Shown: piece by piece, positions 1 to 13,598 of the stretch
Position numbering within the stretch: position 1 is the first letter of the stretch
How the letters are laid out: the number at the start of each line of letters is the position of its first letter
The notes under the pieces: generated by a model
Database searches by the model: none
The model's input: the letters and a program-made list of their open reading frames with translations, nothing else
Told to the model about the DNA's origin: nothing
Origin: the human T2T-CHM13v2.0 reference genome, Homo sapiens
Direction: 5' to 3' (one strand)
DNA length: 64,000 bases
NCBI RefSeq assembly: GCF_009914755.1
Contig: NC_060945.1
Position numbers and translations under genes: made by a program

Positions 1-1256
1 GTGGTGAAGCAGGAAGTGATATTACCGTGATCATTGCAAAGAGATCGAAAGAGCCTGGAACACAATATACCTTCACATTGATCCCAGACTTACTCTATAA
101 TTCCACTGTTCAGGCTAAAACGTTGCTGAAACTCTCACCAGCACATCTTCACTGAAATAAAATTTGTGGCAACACAAAGGGAAACCCTCCATTGAATGTT
201 CCAGTGAGTTCAGGGGTAACTCATACAGACACCAGATGTTAAGCTGTTCCCAGGCTGGAATATTCCCCACCAGGTCACACATCACAGGAATCTCAGAGGG
301 AATTTTCCAATAAAGACAATCTCTTTTTTACTAGGAGCAAGTAGATTTCAAAGCAATATGTTCACGCTTCTCTGGTATCTTTAAGAAGCAAGAAAAAAGA
401 TAAAAACGAAAAGATCAACGGTCTGTGCACAACCATTTATATTATCTAAATTCCTAAGAATGGTACATGCTACATTTCTTACAAGTAAAATAAATAAATA
501 TGCATTTCAATAACACTAAAGGCTTTGACCAATGCCTTGGAGTTCTTTATTTTTTTAAAGTACATATTAAGATACCTGGATGTGCCTATGTAACTATATG
601 TTTTGCCAATAAATAAAGACTTAGAACCAATGTTAGTCACAGCCCCATTTTAAGACTCACATAGGTTTAAATTTAAAAGAGGAAAGAACTATGAGGAAAT
701 AAATTGAGTAAAAGGCAAAACTGTCGCCTCAAATATGCTAAGATTTACCCTCCTCTAGCACATATATCAAAAGTTTGCAAACATAAATTGACACATATAT
801 TTTCAACAACAGCTTTCTGGTAAGGCTTGTTTCTGCCAACAGAAAACTCATCAAGTTAAAAGCCTCAGGAGAGGTTTCCTGAAGGAAATGGCCCCAACCT
901 TCAAGAATTACCGCACTACATGCATCACGCTGATGGGTCTGTTATATTAATAGCATTTTTAGTAGCAAGATTCTTTTCAGCTGGCCAAGGTAGGAAAGAA
1001 GCCACTTTTATCTTCAGAACTAGAATGTAGAGAGGAATGCCAAATCTCCTAAATCCTACTAAGAGAAACTCTCAGGGGATGGCCTAAGGAGAGTGAGCAG
1101 GAAGTTTGAAGCAACTGAAGTTAAGAAAAATAAGTTTCTAGGGATTGCTGAAACACCCTTCAATTTGAAAGCTGTTCCTGAGAGGTTAATAAGAACGATG
1201 AAAGCCCATGTGGGATCAGCGGAGGACTCTGAAATAACATCAGCGTGAAAAGTTGA

Positions 1257-1653
<397 letters not shown>

Positions 1654-2302
1654 GATGAATTTTAAGTTTTACCCTTTCCATGTACAAATGTAAAATGCCA
1701 GCTACTTCCATCATCTTAATTTCTTCCTATTCAATCTTACTTAACCCTTTTTATTTTTATCTTCAACAAACAAAACCTGATTTGCATTTTATATTTGTGT
1801 GGGTTTTGTTGTTCCTGTAGCCCAAAGAAAGCAAATTCAGAGCAGAAATTAACTTTTACTTTTTTTACGGCTTCCACAAGACTAGAAATATTCCACGCAC
1901 GATAAAGCATCAGTAAATATCGGTGCATTTTAGTAACAAAAGCAAAAAGTGAAGGACCAGCACCTCACTAACATCATCACACAGTCACTAGGTAGGAGAG
2001 AGAATATTTGGGACAAGGAGGACAGGCTGAAATGCAAAAATTGGGATTGACATTGAAAAGGTGGATGCCAGAAAACTGGTACTAGATCTCAAGCTTGGAA
2101 ACACTACCAGTTTTAAATTCATTAAACTCTTAATTTCAGACTATGATTTACTTATATAGAATGTTAGTGGTCCCACATAGCTCTCATGTTTAGGGACTAG
2201 GTAGGAGGGAGGGAGGACAAGCTTTTAGCCTAAGAACAACTCTCCATATTCAAACCTCAAGTCTGGCTTCTCGTGCTTTTCTTTCTTTCCAATCTTCTAA
2301 GT

Positions 2303-2521
2303 CAAGCTTGTCCAACCCATAGCCCACAGGCCACATGGATGGCTTTGAATGCAGCCCAACACAAATTCATACACTTTCTTAAAACACTATGAGATTTTTT
2401 TGCAATTTTGGTTTTTTTGGCTCATCCGTTATCGTTAGTGTTAGTGTATCTTATGTGTGGCCCAAGACAATTCTTCTTCTTCCAATGTGGCCCAGGGAAG
2501 CCAAAAGATTGGACATCCCTG
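2303..2521 (-). mobile_element. MER30 (hAT-Charlie MITE)
   Basis: Reverse complement starts cagggatgtccaatcttttggcttccctgggccacattggaagaagaagaattg; perfect 8-bp TSD ttctaagt at 2295-2302 and 2522-2529. Confidence 0.9.
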
Positions 2522-2529
2522 TTCTAAGT

Positions 2530-2954
2530 TCTGGCTTCCTTAGCCTGCCTCAGGGCCTGTGCCTGTCCCTCTGCCTAGAACGCTCTGCCTTTCCGCCTAC
2601 TCCACCAAGTTCCTTCAGACCTTCAATCAAATGTCCCCTGGTCAAGGAGGCCTTTCCTGACCCCTCCTCCATCTAAAATGACAACCAGTGCTGCAGCACT
2701 CAACATTTCTTACCCCTCTTCTTTTGCTTTGCCTTCACATTGATCATAATTGTAACCAACATATATTTCACTTACTGGTCTTTCTTATTCTCTATCCTTT
2801 CCCACTAGAGCCTAAGCTTCAGGAGGGCTGGAAGTGTCTTGTTTCCTGCTGTATCCTCATTGCCTAGAACCCAGCCTGAAAGGTTGTAGGTGGTCCATTA
2901 AAAAAAACACCAAAAACCCAAAAGAAAAAAAAAAATACTGGAATGAATGAATGA
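2530..2954 (+). mobile_element. L2 3' end
   Basis: cagggcctgtgcctg...ctgcctagaacgctct, aggcctttcctgacc, terminal gaatgaatgaatga. Confidence 0.75.
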
Positions 2955-3657
2955 CAAAGACACTTTAATCTAAGATGTGAAAACTCATACAACTACAATG
3001 CAACATAGGTGAGAACATGACCACAATGCTAATGAGACACAGCACACATCAGTCTTAAATACGCTAGCCTCTTCTCTCAGGATGCCTGGAAGAAACTTCC
3101 CAATCAGCTCTCTGCTCTCTGGGTCCCTTCCACCTGCAGGTCTGTGTCAGTCCCTTACTCTGGACCACTGGGTTGAAGGTCATCCTGATCCATGAACTTA
3201 GGGGTGAGGGTGTTCAGCTTGTGCTCCAGTGTGTTCCCCTCCCCACCCCCAATTCTTCCTGGGGAAAGAATTAAGGGCTTGCACCTGTCTAATTCCACTG
3301 AATTCTTGCCTCCAGTTCCTATCTTCCTCTTCCTTTTGGAGCTGCAGTGCAGAGGTTCAGGAATGAGGTTAAGAGTTGAGAGGGCAAGTGTAGAACTGCT
3401 CAGGCCTAGGACGATCCAGAGAAAGTGAGAGCAAAGGAGTCTTAGTGGCATGATGGGCAAGAGTGTCATCTGAAAGTGGTATGGGGTCAAAGCATCAGGA
3501 GTTCCTGGGGGAGTGCTCAGGGCCAGGGATCAAAGACAATAGGATGAGTGTGATTTTTCTTTTCTTACCAACACCATGATCCCTCTCTTAAAGTGATAAG
3601 TTAAACTTTTCAATAAGTAATCACCTTAAGGGCCTTTAAATCCCACCAAATTAAATG

Positions 3658-4011
3658 CAGATGCTCCTCCATTTATGATGGGGTCATGTCCTCATAAACC
3701 CATTGTAAGGTGAAAATATCCTAAGTCAAAAATTCATTTAATACACCTAACCTACCAAACATCATAGCTCAGCACAGCTTACCCTAAATGGCTCAGAACA
3801 CTTACATTAGCCTACAGCTGAGCAAAATCATCTGACACAAAGCGTATTTTAAGTATTGAATGTTTGTTGAATATTTATTTATAATAAGTGTTGAATATTT
3901 CATGTAACTTACTGAATACTGTGCTGAAAGTGAAAAACAAAATGATTGTATGTGTACCACCGTAAAGTTAAAAAAACACAAGTCAAACCACCCTAAGTTG
4001 GGGACTGTCTA
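3658..4011 (+). mobile_element. MER47A (TcMar-Tigger)
   Basis: cagatgctcctc...atggggtcatgtcctcataaacccattgtaag...ctaagttggggactgtct resembles the MER47A consensus. Confidence 0.85.
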
Positions 4012-4199
4012 TACATAGTAAAGGAATTAAAAGGTATTTTAAGAAACTTTATCAATATACACAAATACTTATTAGTTAGGGTGGTTCATATATATATATC
4101 AGGTAGGTGGTCATTTCTCAGGGGCTGCTTTTATAGATTTATTAGGCTACTAAGCCTTTTGTAAAAAAAAAAAAAAAAGATATAGAACTATACACATAT

Positions 4200-4340
4200 A
4201 TTGAAACAATGTCAAATTCCTGGCTTTAGTATTTTACTATAATCATGTAAGATGCAACCATTAGAAAAAACTAGGTGATGGTTACATTTCCTGCATACAA
4301 TTTCCTGTGAATCATAATTATTTTGAAATAAAAAGTTGAA
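4200..4340 (+). mobile_element. Old L1M 3' end fragment
   Basis: aatgtcaaattcctgg...tttcctgtgaatcataattattttgaaataaaaagtt. Confidence 0.55.
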
Positions 4341-4669
4341 CAAACAAAACGAGCCTTAACTAACTAACTGAATATTCTAATGAAACTGTAGTTTAAAGTA
4401 AGGGTTCTTCCAAAAGAAATATAGTTGAATCCCCTTTTATTTTTAGCTGAAAAGCATCTAGAATATTCTAACATAATTTCAATGAATTAGGCAACAACAA
4501 CAACAAAAAAGCAAGCATTTAGCATCATCTGGCAAAATGTGATCAGAAAGTACAAAGCAAACAGAACAGTGGTCCAAAATGAGGTTAAATAAAGAGGTGA
4601 TGTTGATTATAGGATAAAGCTTCTGTCTTAATAAACTAGTGAAAAAAAAATAAGTTGTTAATATCTGGT

Positions 4670-5550
4670 GCCAGCAAGTTGGAGTAAACCAACTAAGGCC
4701 TATCTTGCCCCAGCTAATGACAACTAAAAACTCTGGACCAAAAAGTAAACAAAAGCAAACAAATAAAAAAATAAAATAAAAAAAGATCAAAACCTGAGGA
4801 TGCCACCCATTTAAGGGTGAGTTTCCTATTTTGTTTTTGTTGTCCTAATTTCTCACCCAGCCTTATACCAAGGGTGAGTACGGCTCCAGTGAAGCTATGG
4901 CACAGGCAACAAAAACTCTGGATCAGACCTTGTTGTTCCACCCAGAGGAATCAAGAATGGTCCCTGTAAGCCAGAGAGAGTGTGGAGATCTTAGAGAAAA
5001 GAGAACTGGAAAAGAACATCCCATAATGGTGTGTATAAATCTGCACAAGTGACAGGCTCACTCCTCAGATGCACATGCCTAGGACTGACCCAAAGCAAGA
5101 TAGCAAAAGCTTTGAGAACTGAATCATGACATAAACCACAGCCCAACCCTCAGACTAACCCCTGAGTGGCACAAAAACGGGACAAACTCAAAGCAGTATA
5201 CCAAAGGCTTTGAAAACTGAACTGACATTAGAGCCTCCACCCACGGAGGTGAGACAGCACTTACAATCTGAACCAAGTCAGGTTGACTGCCTGCAAAATA
5301 ACAACAAGGAAAAATCAATATTCTCCAGATGATGTAACAATACCTGGAGTATCACAACATAATATTCAAAATGCCCACAATGCATTCCAAAGAACCAGGA
5401 AAATTTAATTAGCTCTCAGGGGTAAGTACAATCAATAGATGCCAATCCCAAGGTTGCCCAGATGTTGGAATTATCACACAAAGACTTTTAAAGCAACTAT
5501 TACAAGTGTGCTTCCTGAGTAAATGTAAACACCCTTGAAATTAATGAGAA
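4670..5550 (+). mobile_element. Old L1M 5' region fragment
   Basis: aatcaatagatgccaatcccaagg...cagatgttggaattatcacacaaagacttttaaagcaactattacaa is typical of L1M 5'/ORF1-proximal sequence. Confidence 0.6.
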
Positions 5551-5619
5551 ACTTAACTGCTTGCAATGCCTGTGCAAGATCATTATGAACATCAATGATG
5601 ATATTAATACATGAGTAAA

Positions 5620-6025
<406 letters not shown>

Positions 6026-6509
6026 TTAATAGAAAGCCACCCTGTGTTCAAAGTCCTGGGCATAAAGAACATAGAAAAATATTTCCACAACCACAGATTG
6101 TTGAGGGAAAACAGGAAAGAAAAAGACACAAAGGAATCTGGAAACAACTTCATCACCTTGAGAACTAAGGAGGTTATAATAATATTTTTATGGTTTAGGA
6201 TGTCTAATGCCCTCAATTACACCAGCGGTTCCAGTGGTGCTCCTAGCAGACAGCAGGACAGGATGCCTCACCCCCTAGCTGAAGAACAGGAAACTTCCAC
6301 ATGAACAATGCCCAGCCCTGTGGGTCAGCTGGCCAGGGCTTGCCCCGTGTGGGAGTAAATAATCCAAAAGGTGATTCTACCACTGGGGTCAAACATCTCT
6401 AGTGCAAAATTCTTCTCATCTTCCAGAATTAAAATCTGAGATTTGAGATGCACGTTCAACATACAGACCTTGAGACAGCTAAAAATTTTCTCCAAGAATA
6501 TTAAGATGT

Positions 6510-6845
<336 letters not shown>

Positions 6846-8414
6846 TCACATGCATATACACATGATAAATCTGCGTAAGAATTTTAAAAAGCAATTATTC
6901 CGGATGGATTGCTTGTAGGGCGTTTTAATTTTCACAATTATACCTTTTTTTGGTATTTTCTAATGTTTTTATAGTAAATACGTAATTCACTTTAAGGAAA
7001 GTAAAATAAATAGAACATGCCAACAGGTTTTTAAGTCACCGAATTTTTTTTTACAGTTGAAGAGAGTAAGGATGTGGGCACTATGCTGACAGCTACAACA
7101 AAACGGCATCAAACCCAAACTCTAAAACAGATGGCCTGGAAAAATTACCTAAGATGAAGAAAATACTACCTAGCTTGGACTTATTCTACTTTTTCGCTAT
7201 ATTTCAATGGCACACTGACCTCCTCTCATTGTATCTATGGCAGCGTTATTTGTACACTGGCACATTTGTCTTGTTTTTAAGTACCCTCTTCTCATTTTAT
7301 TATAAAATCTCAATGGCAGAAACCATCTCTTACTTGTGATGGTAACCTAAATATACGGAAGTTTTCGTCTAGCTCTTCTGAGTGGGAATGTTCAACACCG
7401 ACATTGCCTTATAACAAGGGCACTTCAAATACATAAAACCTTAGATCTCACTGGTGGGTCCATGATCATCCAATTCATATCATATTCAAGTTAACTGTGA
7501 AAGCAAGGTTTCTCTGTCGTTGGGAAGGACATTGTGAAATCTGACCATAAGGCATTTAATGATGTAAGTTATAATGATTAATAATATAAATTTTCACTCC
7601 CCTGAGGTATTTAAAAACTTATTAAAATAAACGTAATCATTACCCTTCTATGACTTGAAAACAGGCCTCCAAAACTGCAGGAGAAAGGATGAAATGTATT
7701 TATTTCTAAGTTAAATTTGAAGCGAAATCACAAGACAACAGATTGCAAATGTAAAATTAGATTCTAGTGGGAGGTCTTGGTTTCAAGCCTGTTTTTTCCC
7801 TACTGGAGGCTGAGCTTGAAGACGGTGTTGGGGGGTGGGGGTGAGGGAGAGCTAAGATTAAATTGAGACGAAGTTCTGAAAGTTTTCGCTAAATCGTTAC
7901 AACCCATGAAAAGAGTTTTGCCAAGTCACACACAAATACCCTGAACACCAGAGACTAAGCAGGAAAGTTTTGCAACAAATATAAGATGATCTTTGATTTT
8001 GAAAAGATTATTATTTTGACTGTGTTTATTTTTACTTTTCAAAGATTATCCAAAGCAGAAACAAAACATATCATTGTTTTCAAGTCAGATTTTGAAGCTC
8101 GGGTTTGCCTTTTTCAAACATAATCCGATATAAAGATGGTGAAGCCCAGGGATAAATTTACGAGATCCTGAGGGCAATTCACAGCGGAGAAAGGATTTCA
8201 TAGGCACCTACTTTGTCTTTTCTGTTTTGTTTTAACGCTAATGCTTTCGAATTGTCAGATAGGTGTAACCCTAATCCAAGGAAGTGATTCCAAATTCTTT
8301 TTCCCACGAGCTACACACAACAATGATAGTAAAACGTATCTGTCCCACCACCTTTGAAGCATTTCCATTAATTCATACAAACATATAGGCTCAAATATAC
8401 ATATGCAAACCTAC

Positions 8415-8591
8415 CTTAAAAGGCAACAGTGGTCCCCAGCCCAACTTGCTCCAAGAGCACTGTGGCATTTAGATATTGAGGTTGGAAATGATGTCCGGAT
8501 GAACAGCCACAGGGCTGGGGACGATGTCAGCACCTGCCCCCTGCGGTGGCCATCACAGTTTCATCTAAGTCTGTGAGAATGCGCCAAAAAC
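8415..8591 (-). other. TIAM1: Non-coding (5'UTR) internal exon, 177 bp, probably the TIAM1 exon preceding the ATG-containing exon
   Basis: Minus strand reads catccttttctttctgtttttctatctcctctgacctgctcctctcCAG|GTTTTTGGCG...TTGCCTTTTAAG|GTAGGT, a long pyrimidine tract plus canonical acceptor and donor. No long ORF. The 3' end and the length match my recollection of the TIAM1 mRNA leader (recall, not a search). Confidence 0.75.
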
Positions 8592-8693
8592 CTGGAGAGG
8601 AGCAGGTCAGAGGAGATAGAAAAACAGAAAGAAAAGGATGAGGCAGAAGGAAGGAAATGGGCATTTTCTGTCAAACCCATTTCGTCAATTCCA

Positions 8694-8701
8694 TGACGTC
8701 A
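8694..8701. promoter_or_regulatory. Palindromic CRE (TGACGTCA) motif
   Basis: Exact motif with its CpG intact; function untested. Confidence 0.3.
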
Positions 8702-8717
8702 ACTTTTTGTGAAATAC

Positions 8718-9529
<812 letters not shown>

Positions 9530-11179
9530 ATATGACATCCCAAATCAAATGATGCAACATTTGGATACAGGCATAAAATGACAGGCTTAAATCAGATAAA
9601 TAAATAAATACACACCAGCCTATTTACATTTAGGGTAATACATAGCCCTACAGACTAAGTTATCTTATTATTTTAATCTATCTGTGTATATTAAGGTGTT
9701 GGACAACAGAAACAGGTTACTACAGAATGATTCCCATGTCCCACTCAATCTTCAGAGTCTCAAGAAACAGAAATGAAAGGAAACCAGCAACCCTCAGTTA
9801 TTCTCAAAGTAGTGCTGTATTTATAACAAACATTGAAGAAAATGCTGAAAGAGAGTAAAACAGAAGCCCAAATCACTTACATAGAACTTTCCATTGTATA
9901 CACGTTTTCTTACGAAGGCAAACATCAAATTCAGAGAAAATGCATGAAGAATATGCACAGGAAAAAATTTAGGTAAAAGATCCAAACTGCAATTTAACAT
10001 GGAAAATCAATGGACAAGAGCTCCAGGAACACGTGGGGTTAATGGGGTTGTTTTATTTCCTTCATCTTTTTAAAGCCTGCTGGTAGAGGTGAAATTACAA
10101 ATACTAAGGCAAGCAAAAGAAAGGCCTGAAGGGCCTCTTTGGGTGGCTTCATTTTGGTACTTTCTTCCCAGACATTCCCCTGGGGCTGCCCGCTGCTGGT
10201 GGTTTCAGCAGGTGGGAACCTGAGATGACAAACACTTTGAGCAGGAATATGAAGAAAACTGCCTATTTTGTGGAAAGGAGCCACATACAGGCAGTAAATA
10301 AATATATACGTCTATCCAGAATGGAACAATAAGCAAAGACAGTTCTTCCTTATCTTGGAAAATATGCTATTTAACCATGAAGTTAGTGACTCATGCTTGC
10401 AGGGAAAGGAGCACGAGTTCTCAGCAATACCCCATTATTACCCCACAATATATTCCCTTTCCACAATTCCCCCATTGCTACCCGGTTGGCTCCCTTTCCC
10501 TGGGCATCCTCCTTAAACGGCTCTCTGCGAATTTCCGAATTTCCAAAGCAGTTCCTGAATTGCTTAGGAACTGGCAGAAATTAATAAGCAATAGCCCATT
10601 TATGCTGAAATGGACTCATTACGGTGCCAGCTGCCAATAATTTGCAAGGCTGGATTCTTCCTGGCAAAGGAGGCCGGCAGGCGGCTGTCCTTCCACCTGC
10701 ACAACGGAGGCTGATAATGCATTTTCTATACTTTAAAAAAATTACGTATTCAGATAGAATAAAATTTTTTCTCTATCTATATTCTTCTAGTCCCTGAACA
10801 AAAAAATATATAAATAAATAAATAAACAAAAAAAAACTATACAGAGAGAAAGGGCATTATTTGAAAAACACGAAGGAAAGCAAAACGGAGTCGATTTGGT
10901 ATAACTTCTTTCTGACTTTCGTGGGGAAAAAATTTGCCTATGACCCTGGTTGCGGAACTGATCCATGACATGGACTAATGAAGAGCTCCACAATCAGCAG
11001 ATATGCTAAGGTCACAATGTGCCAACAAGTACGTATCCATTTCCCTTACAGCAGGTTAATTGTCTCATGGCCTTGTGAATGGATGCCACCATGGCAATTT
11101 GGGAACTATCAGTACTCTGGGTTTTCTCCAAGAGCTGCAAAGAACTCAGTTTCACTGGGAGACAGCTACGTACCAAGCT

Positions 11180-11460
11180 CAGTGTTGGGAGTCCAAGCTG
11201 GGAGTCGGGCTGCACGCATCCGGTCATATCTTGGCTTTGCAAGTCAAATCTTTACTTTCAGCGTGACTTGGGGCAAACTCTAAATGTCCTATCCCTCTAA
11301 CAGGTGGGGATGATAAGATTCCTAAATCATTGGGTTGTCATGAGCATTAAATGAGATCATCTATGTTACAGAATTTGCCTCGTGCCTATCCCATTATCGT
11401 TTCTCAATAAATGTTACCCTATCTCAGGATCGGTTCTCAATAAACATTAGCTATTATTTC
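11180..11460 (+). mobile_element. MIR
   Basis: gtgacttggggcaaac...gttgtcatgagcattaaatgagatcat...ctcaataaacattagctattatt. Confidence 0.75.
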
Positions 11461-11672
11461 CACTACTATTTAAAATGTTTAAACCATAAAGAATGTGCTA
11501 CAGAATGGGCCAGTATTATGCAGGCTTCCTTAGCAAAATGATACCTAATTCATTGAAACTGAATCATATGTTATAAATTGAATGACATCAGTCACCTTAA
11601 ATTTGCTGTGGAACAAGGAGAGTTAACTAATCCAGCTAGAAGATGCATGCGGTCTACTCAATCGGCTACAGC

Positions 11673-11730
11673 TCACACAGACACACAGACACACACAGAC
11701 ACACACGCGTGCGCGCACACACACACACAC
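11673..11730. repeat. (CA)n/(CAGA) microsatellite with CG core
   Basis: cacacagacacacagacacacacagacacacacgcgtgcgcgcacacacacacacac. Confidence 0.9.
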
Positions 11731-11847
11731 AGCCATACTGATGAAATCCAGCAGTACCAGTAGGCCTGCTTACATTATGTTAAGATGACTCCTAGGGAAG
11801 CGAATGCTGAAATTACCAAGTTTTTCAGTCTCACTCTGAGGCATCCT

Positions 11848-12217
11848 TGATATGGTTTGGCAGTGCCCCCACCCAAATCTCATCTTGAATTGTAACTCCC
11901 ACATTCCCACGTGTCATGGGAGGGACCCAGTGAAACGTAGTTGAATCATGGAGGTGGGTCTTTCTTGTGCTGTTCTCCCAATTGGTGAGTAAGTCTCATG
12001 AGAGCTGATGGTTTTAAAAAGAGGAGTTTCCCTGCACGAGCTCTCTCTTTGCCTACGGCCATCCAGGTAAGATGTGACTTTCTCCTCCCTGCCTTCCTCC
12101 TTGATTGTGAGGCATCCCCAGCCACGTGGAACTGTGAGTCCAATTAAACCTCTTTCTTTTGTAAATTGCCCAGTCTGGGGTATGTGTTTATCAGCAGGAT
12201 GAAAATGGACTAATACA
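11848..12217 (+). mobile_element. THE1B/C solo LTR (ERVL-MaLR)
   Basis: tgatatggtttgg...ggactaataca; perfect 5-bp TSD atcct. Confidence 0.92.
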
Positions 12218-12515
12218 ATCCTCAATTCATATGGCCAATTTCTGTGTCATGTGTCAAATAAGCAGTTTTCACAGGAAAATGTGTGTACTGGAAGTATTAC
12301 CAAAACTAATCTCAGGCTTCAAATACCCGCAAAAATTGATGGGGCTGAGAAGTCCCACTGCTCCACTCCTGTAATATTATTTAAGATGAAAATACGGTGT
12401 CAGAAATACTGTGTCCACAGCATTTAATCCTTGGCTTTTCCAAAAATGTCTGCCAAACCAGAACTTTCTTTTTCACCTTCAAAGTGTCAAAGACACTTGG
12501 GGGTGGGGGGGCAGG

Positions 12516-12805
12516 GGACAGACACAGTGGCTCATGCCTGTAACCATAGTGCTTTGGGAGGTTGAGGTGGGAGGATGGCTTGAGGACAGGAGTTCAAGAC
12601 CAGCCTGGGCAAAACAGTGAGACACCCACCTCTACAAAAAATAAAAAAAATTAGCTGGGTGTGGTGGCGTATGTGTACTCCCAGCTACTTGGGAGGCTGA
12701 GGTCAGAGGATCCCTTGAGCCCAGGAGTTTGAGGTTATAGCCTGGGCAACAAAGTGAGACCCTAACTCAAAAAAAAAAAAAAAAAAAAAAACAACGACAA
12801 AAAAA
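12516..12805 (+). mobile_element. AluJ with right-arm deletion
   Basis: ggaggatggcttgagg and gatcccttgagcccaggagtttgagg; long A tail. Confidence 0.9.
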
Positions 12806-13324
12806 CACACTCATAAGGGAAATTCTGTCATTTTTAAGTCCTTGCAAGTTCCAGGCATCAGTGTGTAGAGAAAAGGATACTGTATTGTATTTGCCCTCAA
12901 AATACCCAGGTTCAATTCAGGTGCTATTACTTCATAAATAAAGTGACTTTTGGATAGTAAATTACCCATTCTGAAAACCATCAGAAAAAATGAGGACGTA
13001 AATATTATTTGTCTTATCAATACTTACCTCTAATACCTTTTCTTATAGGAAAGAAATTAGATAATCAACATGTAACACTATAAACTATAAAATTTATGTA
13101 AGTATGGAAATTCTTACTGTGTTTACTACGATTTAGTGTCCCCAAATTTTCCATAACCAGTAGTTTAATGACAATCAGGAGGTTTTCCTTTACATTGAGC
13201 TTAAACAGTGGGGGCAGAAGTCTTGGATCAAAATCCTAAACATGTATTTCATATGCAATAAGCACCAACAGCCTTTAGCTTTTAACAGTCATACTTAGAC
13301 CCCAAATCAGTACTGACAGATAAA

Positions 13325-13598
13325 TAGGTGGATGGTAGATGGGTAGATGAATGGACAGATAAGTGGATGGATGGATGGATGGATGGATGGATAGATGGAC
13401 AGACGGTGATGGATAATAGATATATGGATGAATGGTAGATGGATGGATGGGTGGTGGATGGAGATAGAGATATGGATGAATGGTAGATGGGTGGATGGAT
13501 GGATAGAGTGATAGTGGATGGTGAATGGATAATTGATGGGTGGTAGGTGGATAGATGGATGGTAGATGGGCAGATGGATGGATGTAGATGGATGGATC
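13325..13598. repeat. (TGGA)n degenerate simple repeat
   Basis: ggatggatggat arrays with TAGA variants. Confidence 0.95.

Noticed and set aside
10039-10230. Possible minus-strand exon starting at catctcag|gttccc
   Set aside because: Mediocre pyrimidine tract, no good matching donor, unrecognised peptide.
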